Counted from the first letter of the stretch, positions 28,971 through 39,031 are shown. The stretch: DNA of 64,000 nucleotides from Candidatus Bathyarchaeota archaeon (GCA_963726255.1 CAVSBL010000002.1:512001-576000); one strand, 5' to 3'. Numbers and translations: made by a program. The notes: a model not told the origin generated them from the letters alone.

Positions 28971-29042
28971 GGGGATGAAGAAGCCAGTCCCAGTCAGATC
29001 TTTTTGCTGAAGATATGACGACCTCAGCGACGGGCGGACCCC
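28971..29042 (+). ncRNA. Candidate C/D-box guide sRNA
   Basis: GGGG-ATGAAGA...CTGA..ATGACGA...CGGA-CCCC; contains AGCGACGGGCGG, antisense to conserved 16S CCGCCCGUCGCU. Confidence 0.6.
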
Positions 29043-29205
29043 ACATGAAACGATGCGCGCAAACGATTGCAGCCTATGCGTTTGCCGTTCCGTGACTTAG
29101 TGATTGGTCATCCAGTCACAGATTTAGTAGTCAGTGTGCTGTACCTCAAGGGTTTTATTGCAGAAACTTACTGAAAGGGCCAAATTTCGCTTTAGGTGAA
29201 TTGAT

Positions 29206-29952
29206 TTGTCAATGTTTGCTGTTCCAGGCGCTTACGACCGCGCAATCACTGTATTCTCGCCTGACGGGCGACTGTTTCAAGTCGAGTATGCATCTGAAAC
29301 CGTCAAGCGGGGCGCGACGGTTCTTGGCGTCGTCTGCCCTGAAGGGATCGTCCTAGCCGCAGAGGAAAGGCCCACCTCCAAGCTACAGGATCCGAACTTC
29401 ATGTGGAAGATCTTCCAAATCGACGAGCATGTGGGCGCTGCGGTTGCGGGTTTGAATTGCGACGCACATATCCTAGTCGATCAAGCAAGAGTTTACGCCC
29501 AATCGAACCGTTTACTGTACGACGAACCAATCGATATCGAAGTCCTGACGAGGCGAATTGGCGAGATAAAGCAACTCTACACACAACATGCCGGTGTCCG
29601 CCCATTCGGTCTTTCAATGCTTTTCGGAGGGTTGGACCGCAAGGGAAGCCGACTTTTCTGGACCGACCCCAGTGGGGCATTCTTTGCTTTCAAAGCTCTG
29701 GCGATCGGCGCCGGGGGAGATGCCGCAAACGAAATCCTCGAAGCGGAATACAAGGATACAATGAGCCTTGATGATGCAATCCTCCTTGCTATCAAGTGCA
29801 TGAGCAAAGTCCTGGAAGACAAGTTGGACGCGCAGAAACTTCGCATCGCCACTGTACCTGCAGCGACCAAGAAGTTTGCTAAAATGCCGCCGGAAGAAGT
29901 AGAGAAACATATCAAACGGCTGGATTCCTCGAAAAAGGCCGTTAGCCGATGA
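29206..29952 (+). CDS. psmA: Proteasome alpha subunit
   Basis: YDRAITVFSPDGRLFQVEYA, RPFG. Confidence 0.98.
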   Translation: MSMFAVPGAYDRAITVFSPDGRLFQVEYASETVKRGATVLGVVCPEGIVLAAEERPTSKLQDPNFMWKIFQIDEHVGAAVAGLNCDAHILVDQARVYAQSNRLLYDEPIDIEVLTRRIGEIKQLYTQHAGVRPFGLSMLFGGLDRKGSRLFWTDPSGAFFAFKALAIGAGGDAANEILEAEYKDTMSLDDAILLAIKCMSKVLEDKLDAQKLRIATVPAATKKFAKMPPEEVEKHIKRLDSSKKAVSR

Positions 29953-30638
29953 GTGAAACATTCACTACGGCTCGAATTTCAAAAAGCGGGGAAAAGTTCG
30001 AAATCCTAGTAAAGCCTGAACCAGCTTTAGACTACAAAATGGGCAAGCCCGTCGGCCTATCGCAATTTCTCGTCATAGAAGAAATCTACAGCGACGCCGG
30101 AAAAGGAACGCGGGCATCCGCCGAGAAACTTGAGAAAGCCTTCGGCACAGTAGATCCGGTAAAGATCGCCGAAGAGATAATGAAACATGGTGAGCTCCAA
30201 CTCACAACGGACCAAAGGCGACAATTGGTTGAAGATAAGCGCAAACAGATAGTTGCTTTCATCAGTAGGAATTGCATAGACCCACGAACAGGAACGCCGC
30301 ACCCGCCAATAAGAATCGAACAAGCATTGGCTCAGGTCAAGTATTCAGTCGACCCTTTCAAGAGTGCGGATGAGCAGGCTAAGGATATCATTGAGGAACT
30401 TCGCACCCTCTTACCTATCAAAATGGAACAGATGCGGGTTGCGGTCAAGATACTCGCCGAATTTGCGCCTAAAGGTTACGGGGCTCTCAAGGGCTACGGA
30501 ACGATCTCCAAAGAACAATGGCAAGCCGACGGCGCACTAGTCGCCGTTGTCGAAATGCCTGCCGGAGTATACGGCCCGTTTATCGAGCGGCTCGGCAAGA
30601 TTACGCAGGGCACCATCCAATCGAAGGTGCTAAAGTAG
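29949..30638 (+). CDS. Ribosome assembly factor SBDS/Sdo1
   Basis: GEKFEILV, GELQLT, PHPPIRIE. Confidence 0.96.
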   Translation: MSETFTTARISKSGEKFEILVKPEPALDYKMGKPVGLSQFLVIEEIYSDAGKGTRASAEKLEKAFGTVDPVKIAEEIMKHGELQLTTDQRRQLVEDKRKQIVAFISRNCIDPRTGTPHPPIRIEQALAQVKYSVDPFKSADEQAKDIIEELRTLLPIKMEQMRVAVKILAEFAPKGYGALKGYGTISKEQWQADGALVAVVEMPAGVYGPFIERLGKITQGTIQSKVLK

Positions 30639-30732
30639 AAGCCTAGACCTCGAAACGAAAGCTACGTAGCACAAGAAACAATTGTGCGAAAAAGCACCGG
30701 CAATCGTAACTTTCAGCGAACGGTTCACGCGG

Positions 30733-31536
30733 TCAGACAGGTTTGACCCTCCCGCTCCTTCGCCGGAACATAATGGCTACGAGGCCGAGAATCAACACTG
30801 CCGCCACTGCTGCCACGGTGAGGACAAGGCCATCGGATGATGGCGCAGAGCTAACACTACTGCTTTGAGCCAGCATGGTCGTCTCAATGTTCTGAATAGC
30901 GAATGTAGTGGTCGTTGCATAGGTCTGGGTTGTGCTTTGAATCGCCGTATTCAAAGTGTAAGCGGTGAAGCGGACAGGGTAGACTTCTCTACCCGCAAAA
31001 ACGAAAGCATACTGCCCACTCTGCGGCGCGGTCCAGTTCAAGTCTGATGAAGATGCGACTGTGCGAACCGGAGCAGGCCAGGACCCATTATTGCAGGCAT
31101 AGCTGTCGACATAGTCCAGCTGCCGGGGGCTCATTATGTAAAAGGAGATTATCTTCGGAGCGTCAAAGTGAAGGAACACTTGTTGTGACGCCACAGCGTC
31201 ATATACGAAGTACTCATAGTGGAGGCAAGTGTATACGTCAATTTCTAGACGCGGACTGTTCTTAGCTAAGTTGAGGACGTGACCGTGAACTTTCACCTTC
31301 GCCTGGTTAAGCAAGAATGAATTCGCCTGATAATTGTAGGTGGCTGGCGCTCCAACAAAACGTAGGGGCTGAGTCATCGTGGAGGTCACGACAGCCTGCG
31401 AAAATTCGCTGCCCGTTGACGTGACAAATATTGTGTTGGTCTCCGTTGAAGCGGTTTGATAAGGCACCAGTTGAGACACCAACAGGGGGCTAAGTGACGA
31501 AACAAGAAGCAGCACTATTACCAGGAGTTTTGCCAT
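30733..31536 (-). CDS. Ser/Thr-rich membrane-anchored surface protein
   Basis: Signal-like N-terminus MAKLLVI, beta-rich core, T-rich linker, TM helix plus RRR. Confidence 0.7.
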   Translation of the reverse strand: MAKLLVIVLLLVSSLSPLLVSQLVPYQTASTETNTIFVTSTGSEFSQAVVTSTMTQPLRFVGAPATYNYQANSFLLNQAKVKVHGHVLNLAKNSPRLEIDVYTCLHYEYFVYDAVASQQVFLHFDAPKIISFYIMSPRQLDYVDSYACNNGSWPAPVRTVASSSDLNWTAPQSGQYAFVFAGREVYPVRFTAYTLNTAIQSTTQTYATTTTFAIQNIETTMLAQSSSVSSAPSSDGLVLTVAAVAAVLILGLVAIMFRRRSGRVKPV

Positions 31537-31699
31537 AAGCGTCCGGCCTGTTACGGACACCTGTCCGACCTTGCCTACATTAGTATATGCTTGAAGACCT
31601 AAGTGAAGGTGGGTTTTGTCAGCGGTTGAAATCTCCCTGAATCGTATAGCTGTCAAAATATTGGAGAATGCATATAGCTAGAAACTCTCGTAAGGCTCG

Positions 31700-32299
31700 A
31701 TGAAGGCAGCTCTCTTGAATTCAAGCAGCAAAGCTTGTTCAGGCCTCATGCTTATGTTGGCATTGTTATTTCTACTGATGACCGTCTCGGGAGTAGCAGC
31801 CGCACGCTGCCATGTTACGAATGTATCGTACGCCTACCCGCACCAAGCTGACCCCAACCAGCCAATCACGGTCGGTACAACCGTGAGTGGCTCGTGTACT
31901 TCGACTGGGATCGACTATTATTCACTGAGGGTTGACCTAGTAGACCAGGCGTCTAACTCCATCGCACGCAACAGCACGCCCATCGGTTACAACGCAAACA
32001 ACTTCACAGTAACCGCAGAGGATTCCGCAATAACCCCATCAGTTAACGGAACATGGCCTCTGCAGGTCTACGTGTATGTAATACGCGCTGGCGGAACGAG
32101 CGGGGCGTTTTTGCTCGATTATCAAACCGTCAGCAACGTGACAATTGTAGTAGGAGCAGTAGGTCCTACACCCGTGCCAGAATTCAATATTGGCTTAGGT
32201 TTCACCATTTTCGTATCCTTGGCCATAGGGACCCTGATCTCAAGGACGAGCCGTCGCAGAGGAACTTGGTCTAGAGTTCGTCATCCAGGCGTAGGCTAA
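31700..32299 (+). CDS. Secreted protein with PEF-CTERM sorting signal
   Basis: Signal peptide, Ig-like beta content, PVPEF followed by a TM helix and a basic cluster. Confidence 0.75.
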   Translation: MKAALLNSSSKACSGLMLMLALLFLLMTVSGVAAARCHVTNVSYAYPHQADPNQPITVGTTVSGSCTSTGIDYYSLRVDLVDQASNSIARNSTPIGYNANNFTVTAEDSAITPSVNGTWPLQVYVYVIRAGGTSGAFLLDYQTVSNVTIVVGAVGPTPVPEFNIGLGFTIFVSLAIGTLISRTSRRRGTWSRVRHPGVG

Positions 32300-32301
32300 G
32301 G

Positions 32302-32430
32302 AGGTTGTTGATTCCTGGTATGAAGGCAACGCCGAATTACTCCCAAAACTCAATCCAACTCTCAACATGCGCTATTCGTGCGCAGCGCTTAGGCCTGTGG
32401 TTTAGGTTCGTACCGGGAAATCAACAACCT
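32302..32430 (+). ncRNA. Candidate structured RNA with a 23-bp closing stem
   Basis: AGGTTGTTGATTCCTGGTATGAA pairs with TTCGTACCGGG(A)AATCAACAACCT, with two G-U pairs on the + strand. Confidence 0.5.
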
Positions 32431-32488
32431 ATATGTAGCAGTCTCCTTGTTTCTGCTCGAATTCGCTTACAAGTTTGAGTTGGAACGG

Positions 32489-33193
32489 TTGACGATACAC
32501 GCAGAAAATAAGCAATTAGTAGGCCCGGGCGAACTGCTGGCCGAAGGCCCCTTTTTTGCTGGGGAGAACACATACCGTGAGGGTTCGAAGGTCTTCTCTG
32601 CACGGGTAGGGTTGGCAGAGGTCATTGGAAACAAGCTTGTCGTAGTCCCAATCAAGGGAGCGTACATTCCACGCCTCGACGATATTGTGCTCGGGCGTGT
32701 AACTGATATCGGAATGTCCGGTTGGCAGGTTGACATCGGTGCGCCTTACCCGGCGATGTTGCCCGCCTCGGAGACTCCGCTACAGCACGACCGGGATTCT
32801 GTGCGCCGTGATTTAGGGCACATCTACGGAGTCGGCGACCTCATGATCGCACAGGTCATAGCCTTCGACCGAACGCGAGATCCACTCCTGACCACGAGAG
32901 GAAGAGGGCTCGGCAAGATGACCTCGGGACACGTGGCTCGAATAACGCCCGCAAAGATACCGCGAATCATCGGAAAGAAGGGTTCAATGATAACAATGTT
33001 GAAGAATGAGACTCAGACCGATATCATTCCAGGCCAAAACGGCGTTATCTTGGTAACTGGAAGAAACCCAGATAACGAAAGAACCGCAGTAGAAGCAATT
33101 TACATGATTGAACGCGAGGCACATACGACTGGCCTTACCGATCGCGTAAAAGCAATGATTGTGGAAAGAATGAAGGGAAAAACAGTTGGGTAG
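32489..33193 (+). CDS. rrp4: Exosome RNA-binding protein Rrp4
   Basis: [35 protein letters not shown]. Confidence 0.96.
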   Translation: MTIHAENKQLVGPGELLAEGPFFAGENTYREGSKVFSARVGLAEVIGNKLVVVPIKGAYIPRLDDIVLGRVTDIGMSGWQVDIGAPYPAMLPASETPLQHDRDSVRRDLGHIYGVGDLMIAQVIAFDRTRDPLLTTRGRGLGKMTSGHVARITPAKIPRIIGKKGSMITMLKNETQTDIIPGQNGVILVTGRNPDNERTAVEAIYMIEREAHTTGLTDRVKAMIVERMKGKTVG

Positions 33194-33950
33194 ACACGAA
33201 CAAGTTCGCCTAATCGATAAGAACGGCCTTCGTGTGGACGGCCGACGCCTTGATGAACTCCGCCCACTAAAGTTGGAGGTTGGAATTCTAGACAAAGCAG
33301 ATGGATCCGCATATATCGAGCACGGGAAAAACAAAATACTCGCAGCAGTGTACGGTCCGAGAGAAGCCCACCCGAAACACATAGCCCTTGCAGACCGGGC
33401 TGTGGTCAGATGCCGATACCACATGGCCCCATTTTCAACTGACGAGCGGAAATCACCAGCCCCCTCTAGGCGAGAGTTGGAGCTTTCGAAAATGATCAGG
33501 GAATCGCTTGAGCCCGCAATAATGTCAGAGTATTTCCCGAGGGCAACGATAGACCTATTCATCGAAGTGTTGCAAGCTGACGCCGGAACAAGGTGCGCTG
33601 GAATAACCGCGGCCTCGCTCGCTTTGGCAGATGCAGGAATTCCGATGCGCGAGCTGGTTGCAGCTTGTGCCGCTGGGAAGATAGATGGCAAAGTGGTTTT
33701 GGACCTCTCGGACATTGAAGATAAGCAAGGAGACGCAGACCTGCCTGTAGCATACATGCCAAAATCAAACGTTATCGGTCTCCTGCAAATGGACGGTTCT
33801 TTGACCGAGGAAGAATTCAAACAAGCTCTAGATTTGAGCACCAATGCGTGCCGACAAATCTACGACATGCAAAGGGAAGCACTGCGACAGAAATACCATG
33901 TCGTGAGAGACGAAACAGAGGCGGAGGAAGTAGCGGAGGTCCACGCTTAA
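33186..33950 (+). CDS. rrp41: Exosome exonuclease Rrp41
   Basis: RVDGR, YGPRE, MAPFST, ADAGTR. Confidence 0.97.
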   Translation: MGRHEQVRLIDKNGLRVDGRRLDELRPLKLEVGILDKADGSAYIEHGKNKILAAVYGPREAHPKHIALADRAVVRCRYHMAPFSTDERKSPAPSRRELELSKMIRESLEPAIMSEYFPRATIDLFIEVLQADAGTRCAGITAASLALADAGIPMRELVAACAAGKIDGKVVLDLSDIEDKQGDADLPVAYMPKSNVIGLLQMDGSLTEEEFKQALDLSTNACRQIYDMQREALRQKYHVVRDETEAEEVAEVHA

Positions 33951-34765
33951 TGTCAGCAACGCATCAACTTTCCCCTGTAGCCAAACTGGAGCAGAAGACT
34001 GTCCATGACCTAATAACAAAGGGAAAGCGGCTCGACGAACGAGGCCCGCTGGATTACAGGCCACTAACGATAATGATGGGCACGGTTGAGAAAGCAAACG
34101 GATCGGCGTACGTTTACCTCGGGAAAACCAAAGTCCTAGCAGGGGTGAAGATACAACCAGGGACCCCGTTCGAAGACACGCCTAACGAAGGAATTTTGAC
34201 CGTCAACTCGGAATTCGTACCCATGGCCTCGCCAACCTTTGAGGCCGGGCCGCCTGACGAAGACTCAATCGAACTGGCCAGAGTAGTTGACCGGGGCATA
34301 AGAGAGTCCAAAGCCATAGACTTGAAGAAGCTCTGCGTCGTGCCCGGCAAGAAAGTATTCGTGGTCTTCGTGGACATTTACACCCTCGACCACGACGGCA
34401 ACCTAATCGACGCAGCGGGGATGGCGGCCCTAGGAGCCCTGATTAACGCCAAGATGCGTGAATTCGAAGTCAAAGACGGCGAACTTGAGTTCAAGGACAA
34501 GATGATACCACTACCCATGCTCGACTATCCAGTTCCAATCACCTCAGCAAAAATCGATGGCTCAATCGTCCTCGACCCCTGCCTCGAGGAAGAGCAGGTG
34601 ACAAGCAGCAGGTTAACCGTCACAACCGGCAAAGACGATCGAATCTGCGCCATGCAAAAAGGAGGCCTCGGAGTCTTCACTCCCGAAGAGGTCAAGCAAA
34701 TTGTTTCAACCGCCATAAACAAATCCCGGGACCTCCGCCAAAGGATTCTATCAAAAGTGAACTAA
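33950..34765 (+). CDS. rrp42: Exosome subunit Rrp42
   Basis: ANGSA, GPPDE..IELARVVDR, DHDGN, AMQKGG. Confidence 0.97.
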   Translation: MSATHQLSPVAKLEQKTVHDLITKGKRLDERGPLDYRPLTIMMGTVEKANGSAYVYLGKTKVLAGVKIQPGTPFEDTPNEGILTVNSEFVPMASPTFEAGPPDEDSIELARVVDRGIRESKAIDLKKLCVVPGKKVFVVFVDIYTLDHDGNLIDAAGMAALGALINAKMREFEVKDGELEFKDKMIPLPMLDYPVPITSAKIDGSIVLDPCLEEEQVTSSRLTVTTGKDDRICAMQKGGLGVFTPEEVKQIVSTAINKSRDLRQRILSKVN

Positions 34766-34766
34766 T

Positions 34767-35189
34767 GTGGGAAGAACGTACAAGGTCGGTCCCTCGGGTA
34801 GCTTCGGAGCCCGCTACGGGACCGTGGCTAGGAAAAGATACTCAACCGTCGTAACCACATTAAGAGCCGCGCACGAATGCCCCCAATGCCATTTAACGGC
34901 CGTAAAACGCATGTCCATCGGAATTTGGCTTTGCGGCCGCTGCGGTTTCGAATTTGCTGGTGGCGCATATACCCCAATCACAAAACTAGGACAAGTTGCC
35001 GAAAGAGCGGCACGCGCGGGAGTCGCGTCCAGCCTTGACGCCGAACTCAAGGCCGAGAAAGCAAAGGTAAGGGAAGCCGAGGCCAAAGCTAAGACAGCTA
35101 AGAGAAGGCGAAGAAAGGCTGAGACAAAGAAACGCGAAGAGGCGGCGAAGGCAAACGAGGCGGGTCCCGCCGAGGACAAAGCCGCTTAA
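34767..35189 (+). CDS. rpl37ae: 50S ribosomal protein L37Ae (eL43) with charged C-terminal extension
   Basis: FGARYG, CPQC, GIWLCGRC, AGGAY. Confidence 0.95.
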   Translation: MGRTYKVGPSGSFGARYGTVARKRYSTVVTTLRAAHECPQCHLTAVKRMSIGIWLCGRCGFEFAGGAYTPITKLGQVAERAARAGVASSLDAELKAEKAKVREAEAKAKTAKRRRRKAETKKREEAAKANEAGPAEDKAA

Positions 35190-35202
35190 TCAACACCGCA
35201 AC

Positions 35203-35514
35203 TTGAGTAGATATCGGCTGACTAAGGCCCGCGCTACTGTCGGCGTGGTTTTTCGAACAAGGCAACAGATGGACGCCATTGCCCAAGGCCTGGCCCCTGA
35301 GCTAAGGCATCCCGCCGGTAAGAGAGCCACCGCAAAAATCGTAACCCGCGGGAGGAAATTGAGCTTTCGATTCGAGGCGAACGATTCGGCGGCACTTCGA
35401 GCCATTATGAGTTCCTACCTCAGACTGCTGGCTGCTTCACTGAACGTCTCTGACTCTCTAATGCAACTTGAACGCTCACATGCACCGAGAAAAATCGATA
35501 ATAGCACTGATTAA
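35203..35514 (+). CDS. KEOPS Pcc1-family subunit (second paralog)
   Basis: LAPE and ANDSAALRAIMSSYLR motifs. Confidence 0.85.
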   Translation: MSRYRLTKARATVGVVFRTRQQMDAIAQGLAPELRHPAGKRATAKIVTRGRKLSFRFEANDSAALRAIMSSYLRLLAASLNVSDSLMQLERSHAPRKIDNSTD

Positions 35515-35544
35515 CAGCGAACCAACTAAACCAGGCGGTCGCCT

Positions 35545-36765
35545 ATGATTCAGGATTTGGACGCGGAGATGCGGAAGCGGGATGTTAACGCAATCGTAGT
35601 TATTGGGGACACAACCCTCGCCAACCCTGATTTGATCTATGCCGTGGGCGGGAACCTCGCTCGGGGCGGAATCTACTTCAAACGAGAAGGAAACAAGCCC
35701 CTGTTACTCGTGGGCAACATCGACCTTGGCAGTGCTAGGAAGCTTGGACGCGTTCACAGAATTCAGACTTACACCGACTGGGGTTTCGAGAAACTTGTAA
35801 AGAAATATCGCCGAAGAGACGAAGCAATGCCTCGCCTAATTTCCACCGTCCTCAGGCGAGAAGGTGCATCCGGGAAGGTCGGACTGTTCGGCAGAAGCGA
35901 CCTCGCTTCTGGAATTTATTTGACGAACCGGTTGAGGGCGCTCGGCGTAAAGGTTGTTGGTGGTCAGTCGCCGACTATTCTCGAAGCCGCGCGGGAGACC
36001 AAGGACAAGAGGGAGTTGGATGAAATACGAAGTGTTGGAAGAAAAACCGCGGAAGTCGTCGGTGAAGTCGTTGATGTTTTAAGGAACATGAAGAGGACAC
36101 GCGGACATTTCCAGATCAGTAAGAAACGAGCTATAATCGGATTAGTCAAATCAATAATCGCAACCAAGATCGCGAAGAAGGGTTTGACTGCGCCAGAGGG
36201 TACGATTTTCGCGATAGGGCCATCTGGCGCTGATCCCCACAACAGTGGGGTTGATTCAGACGAGATAAGGAAAGGCCGGTTGATTGTTTTCGACATATTT
36301 CCGCAAGCGGAGACCGGATACTGGTTCGACCTCACACGAACCTATGTCGTCGGCAGGGCGGATGCGAAAGCTAAGCGTCTCTATGAGACTGTGCACGAAG
36401 CGCAGGCTACCTCACTCGACTTTGTGAGGGCTGGGTTGAAGGGAGAGGAGGCGATGGTGGCGGCTTGTGATGTAATAGAACGGGCCGGATACAGAACCGT
36501 GCGGGAGGTCTACGAGGGTAAAGCCAAGGCCCTGTTCTCAGGGTTCAATCACTCTCTCGGGCACGGAGTTGGCCTGACAATAGGTGAGCGGCCAGGCCTC
36601 GGTCTATTGAGTAAAGACCCGTTGAAGGCAAATGGGGTTGTGACTGTTGAACCGGGTGTCTACCTGCCCAAGTATGGGGGCGTCAGGATTGAAGACACCG
36701 TGAAGATAACACAGAAAGGATACGAGAACTTGGTGCAGGTTGAGAAAGAACTGGAGATCCTGTAG
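35545..36765 (+). CDS. M24 family Xaa-Pro aminopeptidase
   Basis: DLTRT, HSLGHGVG, TVEPG, GVRIED. Confidence 0.92.
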   Translation: MIQDLDAEMRKRDVNAIVVIGDTTLANPDLIYAVGGNLARGGIYFKREGNKPLLLVGNIDLGSARKLGRVHRIQTYTDWGFEKLVKKYRRRDEAMPRLISTVLRREGASGKVGLFGRSDLASGIYLTNRLRALGVKVVGGQSPTILEAARETKDKRELDEIRSVGRKTAEVVGEVVDVLRNMKRTRGHFQISKKRAIIGLVKSIIATKIAKKGLTAPEGTIFAIGPSGADPHNSGVDSDEIRKGRLIVFDIFPQAETGYWFDLTRTYVVGRADAKAKRLYETVHEAQATSLDFVRAGLKGEEAMVAACDVIERAGYRTVREVYEGKAKALFSGFNHSLGHGVGLTIGERPGLGLLSKDPLKANGVVTVEPGVYLPKYGGVRIEDTVKITQKGYENLVQVEKELEIL

Positions 36766-36779
36766 GGAATGGCTGAAGA

Positions 36780-37268
36780 TTGAACACCAAAATTGTCGAC
36801 GTAAAGGTCCCCGATGGATGCAACGTAATATTGGGGCAGAGCCACTTCATCAAAACCGTTGAAGACCTGTACGAGGCCCTCATCAACGCAGTTCCAACCA
36901 TAAAGTTCGGCCTGGCGTTTTGCGAATCGAGTGGGCCGTGCTTAGTTCGAGTTGACGGTAACGATTCTGAACTGAAGGATTTGGCGTCGAAAAGTGCCTT
37001 CGCCTTATCTGCAGGTCACAGTTTCATAATCTTCATGAGAAATGCGTACCCGTTAAACGTCCTTGATAAGGTGAAGGCGGTTCCGGAAGTGTGTAACATT
37101 TTCATGGCCACAGCTAACCCATTTCAGGTAATCCTTGCCGAAACAGAACAGGGACGAGGTATCCTAGGGGTCGTGGATGGTTACGCGTCTAAAGGAATTG
37201 AGACAGAAAGGGACGTGCACGAGCGGAAGGAATTCCTAAGGAAAATAGGCTACAAACTCTCAACTTGA
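36780..37268 (+). CDS. Adenosine-specific kinase family protein (DUF355)
   Basis: [33 protein letters not shown]. Confidence 0.9.
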   Translation: MNTKIVDVKVPDGCNVILGQSHFIKTVEDLYEALINAVPTIKFGLAFCESSGPCLVRVDGNDSELKDLASKSAFALSAGHSFIIFMRNAYPLNVLDKVKAVPEVCNIFMATANPFQVILAETEQGRGILGVVDGYASKGIETERDVHERKEFLRKIGYKLST

Positions 37269-38708
37269 CTTTGCCGTCGGTCTCGTTGACGCACGATACC
37301 AACGCATCCCGGCTGGCGTATCTTCGAGGCCGATCCCTAAGTTCGCGAGGCTCGCCCGAATAGAATCGGCGCTTGCCCAGTCGCCTTTCTTTCTTGCGTC
37401 CTCCCGCATTTTAAGGAACAGCTTCAGGAGACCGTCAAACTGCTTGTCTTGCGAGGCATTCGTTGGGCGCAGTATGCCGAATACACTGCCAAAGTAGTCG
37501 AAGGTCTTGATTACTAATTCGATAGAGTCGCGACCGATTGGCCGTGAAGCGTATGGCTCGACGTCTTTGGCATAGGCTATAACTGCTGCCAAGGCGCGCG
37601 GTGTATTGAAATCCTCATCCATTGCCTCCATAAAGCGCTGTGTTGCTTCAGACGACAACCTCTCTACTTCTGCGTCCCGTTCGCCGCCCGGTTTCATGGC
37701 CTCTGCTATTGCCTTGAATTGATTGTATACCGCGCGCAATTTGTCGAGAACTTGTTCTGCTTGAGTGATATCAGATTCGTCGAACTCCAATTGGCTGCGG
37801 TAGTGCCTCATACCATAGTAGAGCCGAAGGGCTTCAGCGTCATACTTGCGAAGGGTTTCCTCTATGGTTATGAAATTGCCCATTGAATGCCCCATACGTT
37901 CGCCGCGCGTCATGAGTAACCCTCCATGCACCCAGAATCGCACGAGCGGTTGGACACCCGTCGCCGCCTCAGCCTGAGCAATCTCCGCCTCATGGTGTGG
38001 GAAGACCAAATCGAGTCCGCCTCCGTGCAGGTCGTAGGTGGGGCCAAAATAGGTGGTTGTTATTGCCGTATCTTCAATATGCCAACCAGGCCTTCCCTTG
38101 CCCCAGGGGCTTTCCCATGAAGGCTCTCCAGGTTTCTGGCTCTTCCATAGGGCGAAGTCCACTACGTTCCTCTTTCTGGCGTCGGGGTCGATCCTGTGCA
38201 TCACTAGCTGCTCAATCTTTTGCCCGGAAAGCTCTCCGTAACGAGGGAACTTCGTGACATCATAGTAAACATCCCCTTCCACTTGGTATGCAAATCCCTT
38301 TTCGATAAGCGTCGCAATCTGCGCGATTATTTCAGGGACGTGCTCGGATGCCTTGGCGTATAGGTTAACGCTGGTTATTCCAAGCGCTTCCATGTCGCGC
38401 ATGAACTCTTTCGTAAACCGATCTGCTAAACGCAGGGGGTCTTCGCCGGATTCGTTGGCTCGGGCTATGATCTTATCATCGATGTCTGTTACGTTCATCA
38501 GGTAGAAGAGGCTGAAGCCTCTGGCCCTTAGATACCTTGCAATAATATCGTAGGCCAAGTAGGTTCTTGCATGGCCGATGTGGCTGTGGTCGTATACGGT
38601 AGGCCCGCATACGAACATGTAAACTCGGTTGCCTCGCGCTGGCTTGAATTCCTCGACCGACCGCGTTCTAGTATTATAAATCCTCAAACCCAAAGCGACC
38701 TCCCCCAA
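37260..38708 (-). CDS. cysS: Cysteinyl-tRNA synthetase
   Basis: [37 protein letters not shown]. Confidence 0.96.
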   Translation of the reverse strand: MGEVALGLRIYNTRTRSVEEFKPARGNRVYMFVCGPTVYDHSHIGHARTYLAYDIIARYLRARGFSLFYLMNVTDIDDKIIARANESGEDPLRLADRFTKEFMRDMEALGITSVNLYAKASEHVPEIIAQIATLIEKGFAYQVEGDVYYDVTKFPRYGELSGQKIEQLVMHRIDPDARKRNVVDFALWKSQKPGEPSWESPWGKGRPGWHIEDTAITTTYFGPTYDLHGGGLDLVFPHHEAEIAQAEAATGVQPLVRFWVHGGLLMTRGERMGHSMGNFITIEETLRKYDAEALRLYYGMRHYRSQLEFDESDITQAEQVLDKLRAVYNQFKAIAEAMKPGGERDAEVERLSSEATQRFMEAMDEDFNTPRALAAVIAYAKDVEPYASRPIGRDSIELVIKTFDYFGSVFGILRPTNASQDKQFDGLLKLFLKMREDARKKGDWASADSIRASLANLGIGLEDTPAGMRWYRASTRPTAKSS

Positions 38709-38844
38709 TGATAGCGGATAAGTTCTAACGGCTGTAATAGTTCGTGATCAGTTAAGCGCAAGAGCCCGGGTTCCTTCGCAAACGCGTTCACCCATATTCC
38801 TCGCCGTCTTGGCAGACGAAGCTTCTTGACATCTAATTAATCTT

Positions 38845-38896
38845 ATGATGAGGCGCGTCCTCGCAACTTGAACTCTGCGGGGCTGCGGTGCGCTGA
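38845..38896 (+). ncRNA. Weak C/D-box sRNA candidate
   Basis: Perfect ATGATGA and CTGA spanning 52 nt with an internal TTGA; no clear C' box or target. Confidence 0.3.
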
Positions 38897-39031
38897 GCAG
38901 TTGAGTGAGCAGTTCTTCGAAGTTGGTCGTGGTATGAGTGTGCCAGAGTTTCTTCGAGGGTTGGATTTGATTTTACCCTCACACATATATTGAACGGACT
39001 GTTCCAATCTGCAAAATGGATGATTCTCGGC

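Noticed and set aside
28940-29205. RNase P RNA next to the RNase P protein genes
   Set aside because: The conserved GAGGAAAGUCC and 3' P4 motifs are not found on either strand.
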